This document shows positions 9,065 through 22,700 of a DNA stretch of 64,000 bases, piece after piece. A program made the translations under genes and the position numbers. The notes under the pieces were generated by a model. It was not told the DNA's origin and ran no database searches. It worked only from the letters and a program-made list of their open reading frames with translations. How positions within the stretch are numbered: the first letter of the stretch is position 1; the number at the start of each line of letters is the position of its first letter. Source of the DNA: Minutocellus sp. GHC0000111. Its lineage: Eukaryota. Location of the stretch: the NCBI GenBank assembly GCA_977018835.1, contig OZ361258.1:1550001-1614000 (forward strand). The letters run 5' to 3'.

Positions 9065-11398
9065 CCACGTCAGCCTATTCTATTTTTAATTTGGAAAGGG
9101 TCCGGCGGCCGTTCTTTAGCGCGCATGTCAGATCTTTGTTGTCTGGCGAAGAACGGGCATCCGAAAAAAGGGACTGCATAAAAATAAACAGACCCGCCGC
9201 ACAGAATCAACCACTCATTCAACGAACAAAGCAAAGCAAAGCAAACCAACCAAACCAACCAAAGAACCACTCATGACCGCATCATCATCGTTCGGAGACA
9301 GTGCCATCCTCGCCGATGGAAGCTCGTTGTCGGTGGTCGTCCTCGAAGGCGTCCTCAATGAGGTAAATGATGATTTAGGCCTCGCAGACGACGAAGAACA
9401 AGAACAAGACGAAGAACACCCAGAGGTCATCCGCAGACGGAGGAAGGAACGTCGAGAGAGGCAGCGTCTCCTCCGCCGAAGCCGGGGGCAGAGGGCCTCT
9501 TCTTCCAACTCTGCACACGTCGACGCCGATGCTCATCAGCACCAAGCCGAACGGCAGGACCTCCTTGCCGTCTCGGCCACCGCCGCGGCCATTGCGCCGG
9601 ACCTGCTCTTCAACCCTCGTGCTTGCGAGCTCCATCCGCTCGCGCTCGCTCCCACCATTCTCGCCACCGTGGAGAACATGGCCATCAGCACCAACAACTT
9701 TGACAGAGAAAACATTGATAACAACATGCTTTCTGACGACGATGCCGTGGCCGCCACCGAGTCTGCTTCCGACGACGACGGTGACGAGTCCTTCTCAGCT
9801 TAGGCTGGCCGCTTTCCAGCTTTCCACGGTCTCTACCTGCTATTCACATCATCACATGCTATTGTGCATGCAAATGCGACGCGCGAAGGCCATCTTGCGC
9901 TCATAGGAATTCCTGTGTGTGTGCATGTGAAGTCGACCGATGACGAGTGCCATTGTGTAAAAATATCTCGCTCCTCTTTTTCTAAGTGCCAGTAACATAA
10001 AGACGATGCAAGAAATGCTACATCTACCTCTACTAGCTAGAGCTAGCTCCTACGCAGCTAGACACAGCTCAAGAGAGTCATCTCGTCTGCGTCGCAGATG
10101 ACAAAGTCACATCCCTCTCCTCTCCCGATCCCACCAGAGGCGGCACCTCGTTCAGGAGCTGCCGGCTGACCTTGGCCAGGCCCATCTGCTCCGATAGACG
10201 CAGGTGCACCATGGTCCTGGACCGCACGGCGGAGGGCAGGAAGGGAGCTGTTGATGGCGTGTTGTCGGTGTCAGCATCAGAGATTCTGGTTGGATTTTGA
10301 TCCTCTCTCTTGCTGCAACGTTCCTCCTGCCGAGTGTTGTCAAGCAGGGCGCCGCTGCTAGACTAGCATCACTGCCGGCACTTGCAGAAGTGTCAGCCCT
10401 GCGTGTAGCGGCCCTCCGGGTGGTCTGGGCTGGTGTCATGGCACACGGCGTTGACGATGGTGGAAGAACAAGGGATGGGGGCCGAGTTGTCAAGTTGTAC
10501 ATGTAGCGAACAACCTCCGAAAATTCTTAACAGGAGTCCTTGCTCTACGCCTTTACATCCCACACGTGAACCCACAACGCCTCCAAGCCACTGGGCCCTG
10601 CTGCCGCCGCCACATTAGTAAGCAGTCAGTGCGAGGGCGCCCAATGCCTGTGCCATCGGTCGCACTGCTGCTTCTGCAATCGAACGATCAGTTGCCAACG
10701 ACGATGGATCGCTGCACCATCCTGTCCTTGCCAACCTGGGGAGCGGAACGTTCGTTCGGCGAGGTGCGCAGCAGACAATGCACGCGGCCACACGGCACAA
10801 AAGATGCTGCTGTGGATCAGCACACAAAAGAACTCCTGATAAGCACAATGTTGAAATCATTCAGCAGGCACCTCGTTCTCCCGAGACGAATGTTCTGGAT
10901 CTAGGAATTTGGATATGTCTTTGCAGTTGGTTGGCGGTCGAGAGAAGGAAGGAGCACCACGGAGACTCCACGGCAGGAGGCGTGACGCAGACGCTCTGGA
11001 CGAGACCGTCATGAAGGTTTGGGGCGATGTTGCATCGGAAGATGCATTTAAAAATGTTTTTGGTAAGTTGCCAATAACACATGCAAACATTAAGAATTGC
11101 AGTGGAGGCAACGACACTGTGTGGAGAGTCAGTCTCCAACAGGGGGGGAAAGTTGGAGCTGCAAAAGTTGCTGCCGAAGAGGCCGACAGGAATGCTGAAG
11201 GGAACGAGGGGGAACCGTTGTGGACTTTGGACGCTTTTGAGGATGAAGACATGGAGGGGGAGGACATAGATGATGTAGAAGATGATGAGGGGGTCATAAA
11301 TCTACTTTAATCATGATTTTTGTGTGTAGCTACACATGTAAGTTCCAACTCAAAAATCTCGAGTCGAATGAGTCGAACGGAAGGTGCCGCTGACGTGG
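9065..11398 (+). mobile_element. Degenerate Tc1/mariner-superfamily element
   Basis: 10-bp inverted termini CCACGTCAGC (9065-9074) / GCTGACGTGG (11389-11398), followed by TA on the right and preceded by TG on the left (possible mutated TA target duplication); a transposase remnant lies at the 3' end. Boundaries rest on a short match. Confidence 0.6.
10774..11310 (+). pseudogene. Mariner-like (DD39D-type) transposase C-terminal fragment, frameshifted
   Basis: Across three frames: DNARGH-GTKDAAVDQHTKELL / HNVEIIQQAPRSPETNVLDLGIW / SLQL...DADALDETVMKVW...FKNVFGKL...GGNDTV, matching the DNAxxH ... QPPxSPDxNxLDLGxF ... GGN pattern of mariner-like transposases. Confidence 0.85.
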
Positions 11399-11591
11399 TA
11401 TGCTACGTAGCTAGTAGTACGTGCACCTTAAATAAATAGGTAAATGATCTCCGATTTTTTGAACACGAAAAATCGCTGTACAGCCAAAGTAAATCTACGT
11501 AGCTTTCTCGAGCAAACCTACCGTGCTGTCTCTCTCTCTTTCTCCACACAGATACACATTAGTTTCATCTACTGGTAACGCACGTTTTTCT

Positions 11592-13588
11592 TCATATTAG
11601 CTCCCCATCATCAGCCAATACCTTCTCTGATACAGCTTTTGCATTTGTTCCACTGCACCCATTTCGGGCCACCGATTGCTCCTCTTTCATTGCGGGGACA
11701 GCTGAAGAAGAATGCATCCCCAAATGATGTATATCCTGACTAGATCTACTACTGCTGTGGACGCTGCTCTCAATAAAATCTTGTATCCGTCCAAAGTCTG
11801 CGCTCCCAGGCGGCAATTCTATTGTCTCGCCATCTTGAATCACCTTGGTCCTGCCTTTAGATCGATATATTACAATGTAATCACCATCGTCAGCATCTTC
11901 ACCATCTTCAGCCTCATCATCGTAAAAGGATTCCTCCTGCGCCACCTCCTCTTCAACCTCTTCGGCCGAAAACGCCTCCTCCGATTCGCCTATGCAAAAA
12001 AGCGCACTGTCCCCGTCACCGTTTGCTGTTGTAGCTGTGCCATCTGCCGCACTGGCCACATCGAGCTGTAGATCGGCATACGGCCCTGAAATACCCTTTT
12101 GCCGTCGATCTCGGCGAACCTTGTGCCTCTTTCGAGTCTTGACCATGTGCTTTACATCCTTGACGAAATCATTTATACCAATATTGTCTCCGAGTTTTCC
12201 CTTAACCCGCTCTTTAGGTCGATACCCAGGCCGCCACTCTTCGGTTGGAAAGACGAAGACGTGCGCCACAGCAAAAAAGAGCATCTCAAGGCAAATGACA
12301 AAATTTTGCACCCGTCTCGACCAATCAACTGGATTCTCGACTTGATAAATAAATTTGGCAATAATGTGAATGGCCATGCCCTATTTTGGAACAAGTAAAG
12401 CAGGAAAGAGAGGAGAGGCATTGGTATTAATTGATTGAGGTCATTGAGGTAAACGCATTATAAATAACACCAAAGCAAATAACAAAATCTTATTTACCTG
12501 CCAGAATGTCATAAATACTACACCCTTTATGCACAAGAATCTACAACGGCGGCATTACAGAAACGACGAAAGGTTAGAAAAGAGTCAATCGGTTAGAAAT
12601 GAAATGTACCAGCAGCAAAACCAACATGCAAATATGGAAAACGAATGCACACAGCCGCTCATACATACTTAGGGAAAGGATTGCACCAGGCAAGAAAGTC
12701 TCGGGTGGCGTGATAGAACGCCACAAGTCCCGACAAGGCAAGGAAGATGGAAACATTCTGCATGATTACAAAGATGAACTGCGGTGACTTCCACGTCCAC
12801 TCCGTCCCCAGAACGGTATTCGAGACCGCCATTCCAATGGATGTCACCGGGCGCGAAAAGACGTAAATCATGGCGCAGAATTGGCACTGGTACAAGACGG
12901 CGTCGGCAAAGCCATGCGGATTTCCCTCGTACTTTCGTCGGCTAAGGAAAGGGCTAAATCCACAGAAATGAACCGGAGGGCGGAGATGATCGGCCCTAGT
13001 AGTCATCAGATTGACAACCTCCTCCCGATCGCCGCGGCCGAGGATGGCAATGAGGAGCGACAGGAACATGTAGATGCAGTAGGCCTCGTAAAAGTCCTTG
13101 ATTACCGCAATCCACTCGGTCGCCAACGGATTGTCCAGTATCAACATTAGAAGGGCCGACGTGGCATAAATTGGAGTCATCCACAGCACCGCAAGTATTT
13201 TCCGTTGAATGATTGGCTGATGCATATTCCGCAGATGAGACGACAAATGCCAAAGGAACACCATGATGCAAAGGACGGTAAAGGTCGCTGCTCCCTGCAC
13301 GAGAATGTTTTTGGACGTATTCTCTCCAACCGAGGCAACCTCCTGCTGCATACTCTCCTGTACTTCCACCACGGTGGTGTTGAGGATGGTGATGGTTGAG
13401 TTCTCTGTGTTGCGCACCAACTTGTGGAGGTTGATGATCTGTTTATGCTGAGTATCAAGAGCCTTTTGAACGGTGGTCCGCTGGTGATTGATCTCACCCT
13501 GCAGTATCACGGTAACAACGATGAAGAGCGCCACAATCATCGGGCAGAAAATGGCGTTGGCCCATATCACTACCTTGGAGACGCCCAT
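11592..13588 (-). CDS. TMEM184 / organic solute transporter alpha (OST-alpha) family membrane protein, 3 exons
   Basis: Exons 13588-12669, 12540-12498, 12380-11592 with GT-AG introns give 584 codons. Family motifs QRKILAVLWMTPIYA, KDFYEAYCIYMF, PFPKFLCIKGVVFMTFWQG, QNFVICLEMLFFAVAH. Confidence 0.92.
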
Positions 13589-14399
13589 GTTTCGTTCGTT
13601 GTCGTGTACCTAGGTATGTACATGTACTACTACGTAGCTAGAGTATGTTTTGCACAATGCACAAGATGCATCGGTTCCGACGACGAATCCAGATACCGCC
13701 AGAACAGTTTACCTCTTTCCGATTTATTTGCAAGCGGTGGTATCCAAACGTTCGCGCAGTCCAATGCAAAGGAAATAAGGAGTCCGTTCGTGGGACCGGC
13801 GGTGGGTGGTTCCGGGAGACCGCTGGCTTTTGCTTGATCGCCGAGGAATGTAATGCGACTCGGTTAAATCAGATGAAGTGCTAGCTAGCATACAACTCAT
13901 AAACGATGCCAGCATGGAGCTGGTCTAGCGCTGCTACTGCTACTACTACTACTACTACTAGCTAGATAGTACACGACGAGAAGCAAGATACGATACCCTG
14001 CCGACGCGTCTGTCGCCTGTCGCCTGTCGAGCGAGACTGACTGTTGAGAGTCGAAGATCGAAAGAGACTGTGCCGTTCTCGCGCGCCGCGCGCGTGCAAC
14101 TCTTCCATCTGATGTTCACATGACGTCATTCCGACGAAATTCGCCCGAAGCCGCAGCCACATGGCTGTGATGGACACAGCGATGTGCCGGAGAACGACCC
14201 CTCACAACTTACAGCCTTTCGGATCCCATCTTTGTATAATCACAGTTAGTTGTGCAGCTTGTCATTGAATTGGCTGCATCATCGGGTCCAGTCAGGCAGG
14301 GCAGCCTCGACGAACCGAAGCGAAGAGCTCAGTCAACACGCACCATCACATACTGTACTTACTCTAGCTAGAGCTAGCTACTCTAGCTAGTAGTACGTC

Positions 14400-17300
14400 A
14401 TGGCCGATCAGTCATCCTGGGAGCAGTCATCTTGTGCGGCGGATACCAGAATGGGCGAGAGTAGCGCAGATGCGGTGGGTGATCATACTAACGTCTCAAC
14501 AAATGCGAGTGCGAGTACGAGCACGAGCACCAGCGGCGGAGGAGTTCTCCAGGGAACGCTCCTGTATCGGCGCAACCTCTCGGCCAAGAAGATGCCCATG
14601 TGGAAGTCCAGCATGCGCATGTACACTGTATTGGACATGACGCAGCAGCAGCAGGAGCAGGCCTCTCCGTCGGACATTTCCCATGCGGATTCCTCCAGGG
14701 ACACAATGTCGGGATCCCTGACGTGCTACCGCTTCGAGGGACTTTCCAAGAGGGAGGCCAACGCGGCATACGCACCGACGGATCTCAAGAATGGTGATTC
14801 CGTCCGGTATCAGGGCATGTCCAATGTTCGAACGTGTCTGGAGTTGCCGTCGTATCTGCCCTGGACAGTGCGAGATGTGGAGAACGATTCATCGGCGTTC
14901 ATGGTGGAAATTCCAGTGAAGGAGGGATTGGCAAGTATCCAATCGCAATCGAATGGTGGCGATACTGTTGCTGATGTTGCCGGTGCAGATGTATCAGCTG
15001 ATTCGTACGACGACGACGACGATGAGGACTACGACTATGCAGATGAAGAGGATGATGATGGGATGTACGTATTCTGGGGCGATGGCGACGACGAGGAAGG
15101 AGATGATGTTGAAGATTCCATGCGAACGACAGAATCCGCGTCAGGTTCTGAAATTCTCAACATGGACGTAGTTCCCAATCAGGTGGAGGTGGATCTGCTC
15201 CAGGCAGCCGCTAGGCGTCGACCATACGTTAGATATGCCTTTCGTTGTCCAACGAAGCGCTCAGAGAAAGCTCTGTGGCTGAATGCTTTCCAAAAGGTAG
15301 ACCGACTGGCGACTGATTCCAGACGGAAGCGCAGCCTCTTCGGGACGTCGGCACTCTCCTCGGTCTCCACCATCCGGCTGAGCAATAGTCGGATGCGCAG
15401 GGGAAGAGGCGTCGATTTGGCCCGCCAATCGATGAAATTGGACAAGGATGCCATCGGCGAGAATGGCGTTGGCGGGGATGGATTGGAAACAACTCACACG
15501 GATGATGCCGTCAAGGAATACCGTGTTAGGCCAAACTACAACTACCCTCATCGATGGATGACTCATGAGGAGCTCACCGAAGAGATGCTTGCTGCGTCAG
15601 CAGAAATCCACGACCTTCGGCTCCCACCGGCTGTTGCGCCCAACGAAGAAGTTGGGCTGTTGCGGGTAGAGGTTCTGCAGTGTTTGGGTTTGCCTCGGCC
15701 CAAGGGTAAGACGGCGGCCAGTGTGAATCCCAACCCCGTCGTCAATTTAGTTTGTGGATCGTATGCCTTTGCAACCGACATCGTGCCTCAGTGTTCGGAT
15801 CCTATGTGGTTGAAGGGGATGAAAAGAGCGTGCCAAATACCAATCAACCACGGATATGCTCGTTTGTTGGTTGGTGTTTTTCACGATGACGGTAGCAAGA
15901 GTCCGAAGGATCTCTTTATAGGACGTGCAGTTGTTGAAGTACCTCGATTACGCCCTGGTGCGACGTACGATGTCACCCTCCCTCTCCGGCAATCAGCCAG
16001 TGTCTACTCAAGACGTAAACGAGGAGCTGTTCGCCTTCGTTTCAGTTTAGATATATCCGACACGAAGCAACTTGTGCTATCGTATTTCCCTTCCAAGCGC
16101 AATCGTGTCGCAGGACAAATTGGAACAACGACGGTTGCATGTGCCGATCCCAAATCCTTTCGGAATGTTGCTCTGACGGTAAATGGGATCCATCTTCCTG
16201 GAAAGTTCTCTACGGACCACTTTATGGCAATTATTAGAGAATTCAAGTTCGTTCAGAAAGTCATCCGTCGCTTACTGGTTAAGTTTATCGAAGATTTGGT
16301 CTCTTGGCGCTATCCTGTCAAGTCAGCATTTGTTTTCATCGCTTGGATGCATTCTCTTCATGTGAATTCGGCAACAATGATTCCAGTCTACATTGTTAGC
16401 TTCATTTTTCTTCAGCTCATGGCAAACTATGCACGATGCATTGTCGCTGGTGCCGAGTTTAGGCCGGCTACGTGGGAAGAGGTTTTTGGATCACTCACAG
16501 GCTCTGGAGCAAAAACGATGCATGCCCTAGATGGCATTGTTGACGAATACGACCCTATTGGACAGTCCATATTTACACTGCTTGGTTTCATGGGAAAGAA
16601 GGACGAGTACTTTGTCGGGAACGTTGATACATTTGCATTGGATGAATTTGTGAGTACTCTGCTGGCGTGTTCCTTTCAGTTTGGATCACCCATAACTGTG
16701 TGTTTCTTCTGATCAATTCGGCAATTTACTAACTCTTCCTCTCCTCTCCTCTCCTCTCCACCTTAATGCAAAGCCATATGCTTCATTGGCTGGATATCCA
16801 AAGCTTTCTGTGGATGAAGCCGCTGTGAAGACGCCCGCGAATCAGACTGCTCTGGAGATTCATGCTAACACCGTCAGGGGCAACGGTGATGAAGCGGATG
16901 ACGACGACTTTGATTTGACGGACGACATAGAGACCTCGAACAATCTGATTGATCGCGCTGCCGAAGAGTATCAGCCTCGGATATACTTTAAGAAGCGAAT
17001 ACCCCAGCAAAACATTGACATAAAAGTGAAGGGTGATGGTAAATCAATTGCAGATGAGCTCATGGAAATCGAGGAGAAGATTCAAAAGGCTACGAAGTAT
17101 GCCTTTCGGGACAATGCCTATCTTATTACTGACCTTTCCCAGCCTCCGTTTGGCAAGCGGTCACGCGAGAACGATGAATACAATGTCGAGCGTGATCTTA
17201 ACAAGTTGCTCGGCATTGGTCAATTTTCTCAGTGGAATCCTATCGTATCGAAATATTCAGTTCAGTTCGAACCTATCATCCGCATTTGTGTTGTGTTTCT

Positions 17301-19185
17301 TTCCATTTATCGCTCAATTTACAACATCTTCACTTGGAGGGATCCCTACCTTTCATTCTGGTTTTCAGTGGTGTGCCTGGCTGCCACTTTTGTCATGATG
17401 CTTTTTCCGTGGCGTTTGTGTCTTACTGTTTTGGGCGTGGTTGCCTTGGGGCCTCAGAATTGGCTCATTCGATTGTTTCGAGAACTGGTATGGTCATCAG
17501 ACGATGAAAATCGACCAGGCCGATTTCTCCGCGCTTTTAGGGAGCTTCTGAAGAGTTCTGATGATGACGACGAAGACGATGATGATACTGCCGATGGCAA
17601 GAAAGAGAGGGCGCAAGGTGAGGTGGAGGGCGAGCCACAACCAGTCTTCTTCGCCCATGCTCCTGCAAGTAAACCTCTTTTGAAGAGAAAAGACGCTGTC
17701 GGTACCCAGCATGTTGTAATTCCCTATTCGCCGTTGCTATCTCAGCGCTTTTATGACTGGCCACCAGACAAGAAGTATGCGTGTGTTACCAAGGCAGCGT
17801 CGAAGGACACGCCTCTCCGTTCATCATCTGAGAACGCCATCACAAAGGTGAAAATGGTATCACCAGCGACGTCTCCCAAGAAGACCCCTCGACGCCAAGA
17901 GGATGGAAAGTTAACTCAAGGCAAAAATAAGGAGAAAGAAACCACGCGGACTTCTCCTCCTCGTCCTGCTTCAACGCCAAGGTTACCGTCGACCCCTTTG
18001 ATAAAATCCTCGACAAGAAATGTTGGTGGTCGTATCGTCCTCTCGCTTCAAGGTTCTCTAAGCAAAGATGATGACGAGGAAGAGAATAGTGAAGCCAATG
18101 GTTCTCAGCCAGTGAAAAGTGTTGCGCCTTCCGCTGCTTATGCCTCAACCATAGCCACAACGACTGCAGCTTCGTCGTCTTTGGCCAGTAAGGCCAAGAG
18201 CACGTTGGCTGCGCAGGCATCCCGATCGGTTGGAGTTTTAAGCAAGTCAATCGCAGAGAAGGGTCAGGGTCTGAAAAGGTCGGTCAATTTTAATGACGAT
18301 GTATCCATGCTTTCCACGACATCGAGCAGTTCAACGGGAAAGGGTAAGATGGGCCGTTTGATAAAGTCACTTCCCACCAATATTATCAAGTCAAAGAAGG
18401 GCTCGAGGATTGGTGGGGAAATTTCTGTTCCTGAGGAAGTATCAGACGAAGATTGGCTCAAGATGCCCGAACCCATGGAGGCAAAGGAGGGCGCCAAAAC
18501 ATTGCAAGATGAGACTGGCACCGATGATGATGGTGATATAGTACAGCAAGATCCAAGATTGGAGGCGACTACCACCGATTACGGAACCACCAACATTAGA
18601 AGCACCGCAGACAATGGTGGAGACATAAAAGAGAAAAAACAGGACGAGTTTGCTATCTCGACACCGGCTGAGTCGACTTACGTCGAAGATAAGGAACCGG
18701 CAACTGAGTCATCCGACAAAAGAACTTCTGATTCCTCGCCTTTTGCTGACGAAACAGCAGAGACGAATGATATCCTTGACGCCAAAGGCAGTGAAACGGC
18801 GGACGATGCCATCGAAAGTGTGGTTCAACCCAATATCGAAGCGTCCATTGATGCCACTGTCGTAGAACAGTGCGAACGGGACGAAGAGGTTTCAGGAGAT
18901 GTGGTCGATAAGTCTTGCAATGACTACATCAGCGCGTCTGAATCCATTCCTACCCTCGGTGAACAAAAGTGCAAAGAAAAGGCGATGGTATTAGATCAAA
19001 GTGTCATTATTGAATCCGATCTGCCCTCAACTTCCCTGGATAGTGCGGCACAATCTCCGTCAAACGAAGCCGCGGCCCTATTAGAGACGCTCATGGAAGT
19101 CAAGCTTGAGTTAGCAACCGCCCGTACTGAGAACGATCATTATCGGGCAAGGCTCAAGGAGACGGAAGAGGAACGTGACTACTAA
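14400..19185 (+). CDS. C2-domain multi-pass membrane protein (MCTP-like) with long disordered C-terminus, 2 exons
   Basis: Intron 16650-16773 (gtgagt...aag) joins the 770-aa and 799-aa ORFs in frame. C2 motif VGLLRVEVLQCLGLP...DLFIGRAVV...GAVRLRF; TM block FTWRDPYLSFW...LFPWR...LGPQNW. Frame stays open 60 codons past the TAA to 19368 (see findings). Confidence 0.85.
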
Positions 19186-19713
19186 AAGAACAAATATACT
19201 GAATGCATGGAAGAGAAGGATACTCGAACCCCCAATTGGCTTGCCAACGGAGAAGATGAGGGTTCTCCTCCACCAGCTCCGCCCTCGAGGCAACAGAATC
19301 AGTTCGGTTTCAAGATGAACATGGCATCGATGAGCTCTCCATTTAGGAAACAGCCCCCCTTCAAGTAGAAGAGACTAGCGGGTTATAGTCTTGATAAATA
19401 GTTGTAGGGAGATCGACGTTGTGTAGACGCGTGATAGGGTCGAAGCGGGCTTTATTTGCAGAGACTCTTTCGCGTCGCTGGCTGTTTGACTTCAAATGAC
19501 TACTTGTTTTGATGCTGTTGCTATTGTTATGACTCTGGCAGTCATTCTCGCCACCAGGCGTAGGCAGGGAGGCTCGAGGAAAATGAACCCTGGGAAGGCA
19601 AATCCGATTTAAACACTATAGTTCAAACAAACAAATGCGTTACGTCAGCTTCTATAAAATTGTTCATCTATTCTAGCATTGTTTGTGCAATGCAATTGGC
19701 GTCGGTGCGGAGT

Positions 19714-22700
19714 TCAACATAGCTCATCAATAATCTCGTCGTTGGGGGCCACGTATTTCCCCTCCTTCAGCTCTTTGTTGGCTTGGTGAATTCGCAGCAC
19801 GGCCTGACAATTATGCTGAATGCTCCGGCTCAGCGTTTCCATGTCGTTGCGAATCCGGATGAGACTGCGGAGATCGGAAGATGCCTGAAGGAGCTTATCA
19901 TTTGATATTTCATTTAGCTCCTTGCTGCCAGCGTCGCGTTCCTTCTTCCCTTGCTCAAGTACCTGGCCAAGCAGCTGCTTGAGTTCACTAATCTCGTCAG
20001 CATATCCAGCAGTGACCTTTTCGCTTCGTTTAATCAGATTCTCGGCTTCAGTTTGCTCCGACATGGACCATGTGACGCGCTTGCCATTTTGCTGCTTTTG
20101 CTTTTGAGGCAAAGATTCGATCTTGATTCCAGCTCTATGCAACTGCTGTCGGATATTGGCAAACTCGCTTCTCAGCAGTTCCGTTGCTTCTACATTATTC
20201 GCCAGACGCTTCTCTAAATCCAATCTCGCAAGATTCATCTGCGCATGTTCTTGTCGGACATTTCGGCCATCGGCCTGTTCTCTTTGAAGAGCCTCGCGCG
20301 CTGTCACGAGTTCGGCCTCCGCATCCAAACGAGCCAATTCTGATTTATGTAAACGTCCTTCAAGCTCTTGCTTGATCTCGTCGACCTCATCGGCGGTGAT
20401 TGTACCTTCGATTCTGTCGATCTCAACTGAAGCCAGAATCTCCTCCAGACCGTCCAATTCATCCTGCAAAATGTCATTGGCGCCATCCGCCCTACGCAAA
20501 TCATCGCCCTTGTCATCGTGGCGTCGTAACAAGGCAACTTGGCGTTTCAGAACGGTAATTGCTTCTCGCAGCGTGGATTCTAACTCCGTCTTCTCCGAAA
20601 GCTTCATTTCCAATTCTGTCAGCTGCTGGCCTTGGTCGGCGAGTCGAGATTTCAACGAGGCAACCTGTGTTTTCAGCGAAACATTCATCACACTAAGGGA
20701 CGAGTCCGTCGTCGCATAAACGGCAATGGAGATTTGCCTTTTCATTCGTTCGTTCTCTTCTTGTAGTTCTCGCACGAGTTTCTCGCTGGCGGTCCATTCA
20801 CTCTCGTACTTCTCTTTTGCTCCGAGTAAAATTTCCTGCGCCTTAGCCATTTGCACTTTTAGAGTCGAAAGTTCTTCCTCCAGCGCCTCCTCTCTCGGGC
20901 TTGATTTCATTGAAGTGGCGGCTGAATTCTTCGAGGCCACCTTCGCTTCTTTCTCCGTCTCCGCCAGAATCTGCTGCAGGGCCTCAATCTCGCTCCTCAA
21001 AAAGGCGTCTTGGTCGACGGATACGTCGATTTCCCTTTCTATGAGTTTTTTCGTCAATCTCAACTCCTCGTTTTCATCTTGGAGAGATTCAATTTGGCAC
21101 TTTGCTTCGTTCAGACCATTTTCTGCCACATCAAGGAGTGCCAAATATCGATCATTCTCAGCTGCAAGACGCCGAATTTCTTCGTTGTTACGGTTCAGTT
21201 CTTCTTCGAAATCACCATGAATAGCATCGATTTCATCCATATCGACCGGAAATGACTGTGGTCCAATGCTTCTGTTTAGAGATTCATTCTCTTCGCACCG
21301 AGCGCGTAATCCCTTCTCAATCTCTCTGGCCTTGGCGAGCTCGCCCTCGGCCTTTTCCCGGCCATCGCGCTCAAATTTGAGATCGTTTCTAGTGTCAGCC
21401 AATTCTTCAACAGAATTTCGAAGCTTGGATTCGTATTCTGATATCTGAAGCTTGAGGTCAATAACCTCGGTTCGGTGTTGTAGATTATCCACCATATTGT
21501 CAGCGGCAGAAAGACCGGGACGCAACTTGGCAGCGGCCGAATGCGCCATTTCCGTCTGCTTCCGTTGAGGATATGTGTAACCCGTTGAGACGCTGCCGCT
21601 TTCATCGTCTTCGTCGCCTACATCACCGGCGTCGTCGCTGAACAAGCCACTGCCGTCGCGGGAAGTTGTGCCATTTGCTCTTGCAGTTCGGGCCAAAGTC
21701 AACGCTGCCTCCAGTCGACGGATTTCCTCCTCTTGGCGCTTCTGGCGGGATGCATTGCGATCGTGCAACTGATTTTGCCGCTGACGGTACGATTCATGCC
21801 GCTGGATCTCATCGTCCTTTTCGGCAACCTCAGATCTGAGCATCTCCATTTCGGCCATGAGCCTTTCAATCTGCCCTTGCTGCACAAGTTTTGTGCCCTG
21901 CTCTTCATCTTTCCGAGCGGATATTCCCTGTTGCTTGCGAAGATGCATTACTTCCTCTAGCAATCCATCTCGATCGGAACGAATCTCAGCCAGCTCTAAC
22001 TGTAGCTTGTCAATCATATCGTCCTGCAGTGCCAGCTCACCCACGGTCCGTTTCAATTGCGATACTGGCACCATCTTCTTGGTAACATCCTCATGGGCAC
22101 TGCCCTGGCCGTCAACGTTGGTACTGGGATCGCTGCCTGAACTCATGATGGATCTACTGATTTCATCACCCTGAAAGAGTGAAAGGCGCAAATCGAGCAT
22201 ATCATCATTATTTTCCACCGTATTGCCACCATCGTCGTCTGCTGCGGCACCGGAGGACGTCATAGCGTTTTGGACATCGTTATCGTCATCCAGAATGCTA
22301 TTGCTATTGTTCTTGTCGTCGTAGCCATCGCCTCTCGTGTTATCATTCGAGGGATGAAATTCATCTCTGTTGCCGATGCCGTTGCTGACTACGTATTCCT
22401 CTTGGCCACTACCGATACCCGAGCTGTCCTCATCTTCGTCCTCGTAGGATGCAAACTGAATCCCCGAAAATCCGACTGCAGCAGCAGCGCTCCTGCCCTT
22501 CATCTTGGCGTCGGGCGACGCCACGCCCCGGGGCGACGTCGCCGTCGCGGTCATCATCGTGGTCTTCGTCGTGGTCTTCGTCGTAGTCGTCGTCATCATC
22601 CAGTTGCGCTCCCCCTTGAGCCGCTCCTCCCTCTCCCTCCGCTCGATGCTGGCGTTGACGTCGGCGTCGGCGTCGACGTACTTGCCATCCCCATCGCCGT

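Noticed and set aside
9273..9803. 176-aa acidic ORF as an independent host gene
   Set aside because: Lies inside the mariner remnant and shares its TpA depletion, which itself removes stop codons; no recognisable domain.
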